A stretch of DNA of 64,000 nt from an uncultured Cellulomonadaceae bacterium (GTDB lineage: Bacteria > Actinomycetota > Actinomycetes > Actinomycetales > Cellulomonadaceae). The notes below the pieces were generated by a model. The model saw only the letters and a program-made list of their open reading frames with translations, ran no database searches and was not told where the DNA came from. Location: the NCBI GenBank assembly GCA_947495165.1, contig CANLXM010000003.1, forward strand, positions 468,041-532,040. The letters run 5' to 3'. Both the position numbers and the translations under genes were made by a program. Numbering within the stretch: position 1 is the first letter of the stretch; each line of letters begins with the position of its first letter. This document shows, one piece after another, positions 61,792 through 64,000 of this stretch.

Positions 61792-62373
61792 GTGAGCGGC
61801 ACAGAGGTCGGCGCGGAGAAGAGCCCACAGGCGGCTCCTGCCCAGGGGCTGCTGTTCGGCGAGGACCTGAGCGAGCTCGACAGCTCGACCGGTTATCGCG
61901 GGCCGACGGCGTGCCGCGCCGCAGGCATCACCTACCGTCAGCTCGACTACTGGGCCCGTACCGGACTCGTCGAGCCCACCGTGCGGCCGGCGTCCGGCTC
62001 GGGGACCCACCGGCTCTACAGCTTCCGGGACATCCTCGTGCTCAAGGTGGTCAAGCGGCTGCTGGACACCGGTGTCTCGCTGCAGCAGATCCGCTCCGCG
62101 GTCTCCCACCTGCGCGAGCGCGGGGTCGACGACCTTGCGCAGATCACCCTGATGAGCGACGGGGCCAGCGTCTACGAGTGCACGAGCGCCGACGAGGTCA
62201 TCGACCTCGTCCAGGGCGGCCAGGGCGTGTTCGGCATCGCGGTCGGGCGCGTGTGGCGCGAGGTCGAGGGATCTCTCGCCGAGCTCCCCACGGAGCGGCT
62301 CGACGACGAGCAGCCCGCGCCGTCGGCCCAGGACGAGCTCGCCGCTCGGCGCAAGGCACGCTCGGCCGGCTGA
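61792..62373 (+). CDS. MerR-family transcriptional regulator (Rv1830-like)
   Basis: YRGPTACRAAGITYRQLDYWARTGLVEP..HRLYSFRDILVLKVVKRLLDTGVSLQQIR. A candidate promoter TTGACG-17 nt-TAGCGT lies at 61698-61726. Confidence 0.85.
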   Translation: MSGTEVGAEKSPQAAPAQGLLFGEDLSELDSSTGYRGPTACRAAGITYRQLDYWARTGLVEPTVRPASGSGTHRLYSFRDILVLKVVKRLLDTGVSLQQIRSAVSHLRERGVDDLAQITLMSDGASVYECTSADEVIDLVQGGQGVFGIAVGRVWREVEGSLAELPTERLDDEQPAPSAQDELAARRKARSAG

Positions 62374-62379
62374 CGCCGG

Positions 62380-63633
62380 TCAGAGCAGCGGCCGCAGGGG
62401 AGCGAGCACCGACTCGCTGAACCGGGCGATCCACGACCGGCGCTCCCACTCGTCGATCGTCATCTCCCGGCAGTTCGACAGGTCCGTCAGGAAGACCTGC
62501 TCCATCTGGCGCGCGAGCGGCTGGTCGACGATCTCGAGGTTGATCTCGTAGTTCCCGGACAGGCTGAGCCGGTCGATGTTCGCCGTGCCGATCGTGGTCC
62601 ACTGCCCGTCGATCGTGGCCGTCTTCGCATGCACCATCGCGTGCTTGAAGAGCCAGATCGTGACTCCGCCCCGCAGGAGCGCGCTGTAGAAGCCCCGCGA
62701 GAGCCAGTCGGTGATCACGTGGTTGGAGTACTCGGGCACGATCACGCGGACGTCGACCCCACGCCGCGCCGCGGCCAGGAGGGCCTGCAGGATCTCATGG
62801 TCGGGGATGAAGTACGCCTGCGTGATGAAGATGTGGCTGCGCGCCCGGTCGATCGCCGCGAGGTAGATCCCGCGGATCGGGAACAGCAGGTGCGCCGGCG
62901 CGTTCCGAGCCACCCGGATGCTCGGGTCCCACACCGCGGAGCCGGGATCCGGGAGCGTCGGCAGCCCCGCCGGACGAGCGGCGTTCCAAAAGTCCACGAA
63001 GGCGTTGCGCAGGTCCCAGGCGGCTGGCCCGGTCACGCGCAGGTGGGTGTCGCGCCACGTCGTGGCGTACAGCGTGCCGATGTTGAACCCGCCGACGTAG
63101 CCGACCTCGTCGTCGACCACGAGGATCTTGCGGTGGTCGCGGCCCGAGTGCCGAACGTTGAGCACCAGCAGGCCGGGACGGAAGATCGGGAACCGCAGCA
63201 CCCGCACCGAGGGCGGAAAGTCGTAGAACGAGCGGGGGACCACCAGGTTGGCGAACCCGTCGTAGATGACGAAGACCTCCACCCCGCGCTCCGCAGCATC
63301 GATCAGGGCGCGCTTGAACCGTTGCCCCGTCGCGTCCCCCTTCCAGATGAAGGTCTCCAGCAGGATCGTGTGCCGCGCCTGCTCGATCGACGCGAGCATG
63401 TCGTCGTACAGGTCCTGGCCGTACGTGTAGAGCCGGGTGACGTTGTCCCCGACCTCCCCGTCCATCGGGGGACGGTGCGGGAACCTCGCTGCGCCCTTGC
63501 GGCGGAACCGGCGCACGTAGTCGAACACGATGATGCCGGTCGCCACGACGGCTTGCAGCGCTCCGAGGGCGAGCGCGGCTCGGGCGGCGAAGGCGCCCAG
63601 CGTGCGGGCGGGGGTGGTGACCTGGCGCGACAT
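62380..63633 (-). CDS. phospholipase D-family protein / cardiolipin synthase-like
   Basis: Two HKD motifs (HRKILVVDDEVGYVGGFNIG and HAKTATIDGQWTTIGTANID) and an N-terminal TM helix. The start is taken at MSRQV (63633). The ORF-track extension to 63993 has poor coding character. Confidence 0.88.
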   Translation of the reverse strand: MSRQVTTPARTLGAFAARAALALGALQAVVATGIIVFDYVRRFRRKGAARFPHRPPMDGEVGDNVTRLYTYGQDLYDDMLASIEQARHTILLETFIWKGDATGQRFKRALIDAAERGVEVFVIYDGFANLVVPRSFYDFPPSVRVLRFPIFRPGLLVLNVRHSGRDHRKILVVDDEVGYVGGFNIGTLYATTWRDTHLRVTGPAAWDLRNAFVDFWNAARPAGLPTLPDPGSAVWDPSIRVARNAPAHLLFPIRGIYLAAIDRARSHIFITQAYFIPDHEILQALLAAARRGVDVRVIVPEYSNHVITDWLSRGFYSALLRGGVTIWLFKHAMVHAKTATIDGQWTTIGTANIDRLSLSGNYEINLEIVDQPLARQMEQVFLTDLSNCREMTIDEWERRSWIARFSESVLAPLRPLL

Positions 63634-63759
63634 GCCACCACGGTAGTCGAGGACCGGTGATCCAGCGTGGCTACAGACACCACGGGCTGGTTGCTGGCAG
63701 AATCCGCCGGTAAGACGAGTGTCCGGGCACCCAGCCAGGGCCCAGGAGGGCAGCGCAGG

Positions 63760-64000
63760 ATGGACGAGCTCGAGCACCGGTCGACCGGGAGTGTCTCCCC
63801 GTGGGACACCACGTCGTCGATCGTGCGTCCGGACGAGCACGGCGTGCCGGACCGCGTGCTCGCGGACGTCGCGATCGAGGCCGCGAGCCTGGGGACGTTC
63901 ACGTGGGACCTGCAGAGCGACCGCATCTCGTGGGACGCCCGGATGCTCGAGCTCTTCGGCTACGCGCCGGGGGAGTTCGACGGCCGGCTGCACTCCTTCG
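63760..64000 (+). CDS. 5' end of a PAS-domain signalling protein (truncated by the window edge)
   Basis: ATG at 63760 after AGGAGGG. The translation ..ASLGTFTWDLQSDRISWDARMLELFGY.. is the common PAS-fold opening motif. The frame stays open to the window end. Confidence 0.6.
   Translation, partial: MDELEHRSTGSVSPWDTTSSIVRPDEHGVPDRVLADVAIEAASLGTFTWDLQSDRISWDARMLELFGYAPGEFDGRLHSF

Noticed and set aside
63634-63993. N-terminal 120-codon extension of the PLD/cardiolipin synthase ORF
   Set aside because: The extension would overlap the divergent PAS gene start and its promoter region, and it has poor coding character. MSRQV at 63633 is followed immediately by the expected TM helix.

Overview
Very GC-rich (by eye well above 70% GC, strong third-position GC bias) actinobacterial chromosome segment, probably Micrococcales-like. 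Almost all of it is core genome in a familiar actinobacterial order on the + strand: DUF948-alaS-ruvX-mltG-aroE, aroC-aroK-aroB-aroQ, efp-nusB, an acyl-CoA ligase, pyrR-pyrB-pyrC-orf-carA-carB-pyrF, mihF-gmk-rpoZ-coaBC-metK-priA, fmt-rsmB-rpe, FMN riboswitch-ribD-ribE-ribBA-ribH, hisE-hisG, a DEAD-box helicase (- strand), the DUF881-sbp-DUF881-garA-MerR-MerR division-associated cluster, a PLD/cardiolipin synthase (- strand) and the start of a PAS protein. Four parts are not housekeeping. (1) A 12.9 kb, 11-gene Gram-positive-style type IV pilus locus (pilB-pilT-pilC-pilA, three minor pilins, pilD-pilM-pilN-pilO) sits exactly between aroE and aroC. Its PilT has a long disordered N-terminal extension, its PilB has tandem MshEN-like motifs, and two of its minor pilins are very large. 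(2) A 3-gene minus-strand islet lies between aroQ and efp: a DUF559 endonuclease-like protein and a SatD-like regulator with a small membrane protein. A dense hexamer-palindrome array faces efp. (3) A 583-aa membrane protein is built from two arrays of about 26 heptad (xxxLxxG-type) repeats. It sits behind an AT-rich promoter region that contains a perfect CRP/GlxR palindrome. (4) An acyltransferase-3/SGNH envelope enzyme lies next to it. I saw no rRNA, tRNA, CRISPR array, IS element or prophage. Most of the long ORFs in the six-frame track that run antisense or out of frame to these genes are high-GC artefacts. I cannot point to a clear, completely novel multi-gene system. The pilus locus, the heptad-repeat protein and the SatD-like module are the best candidates for follow-up.
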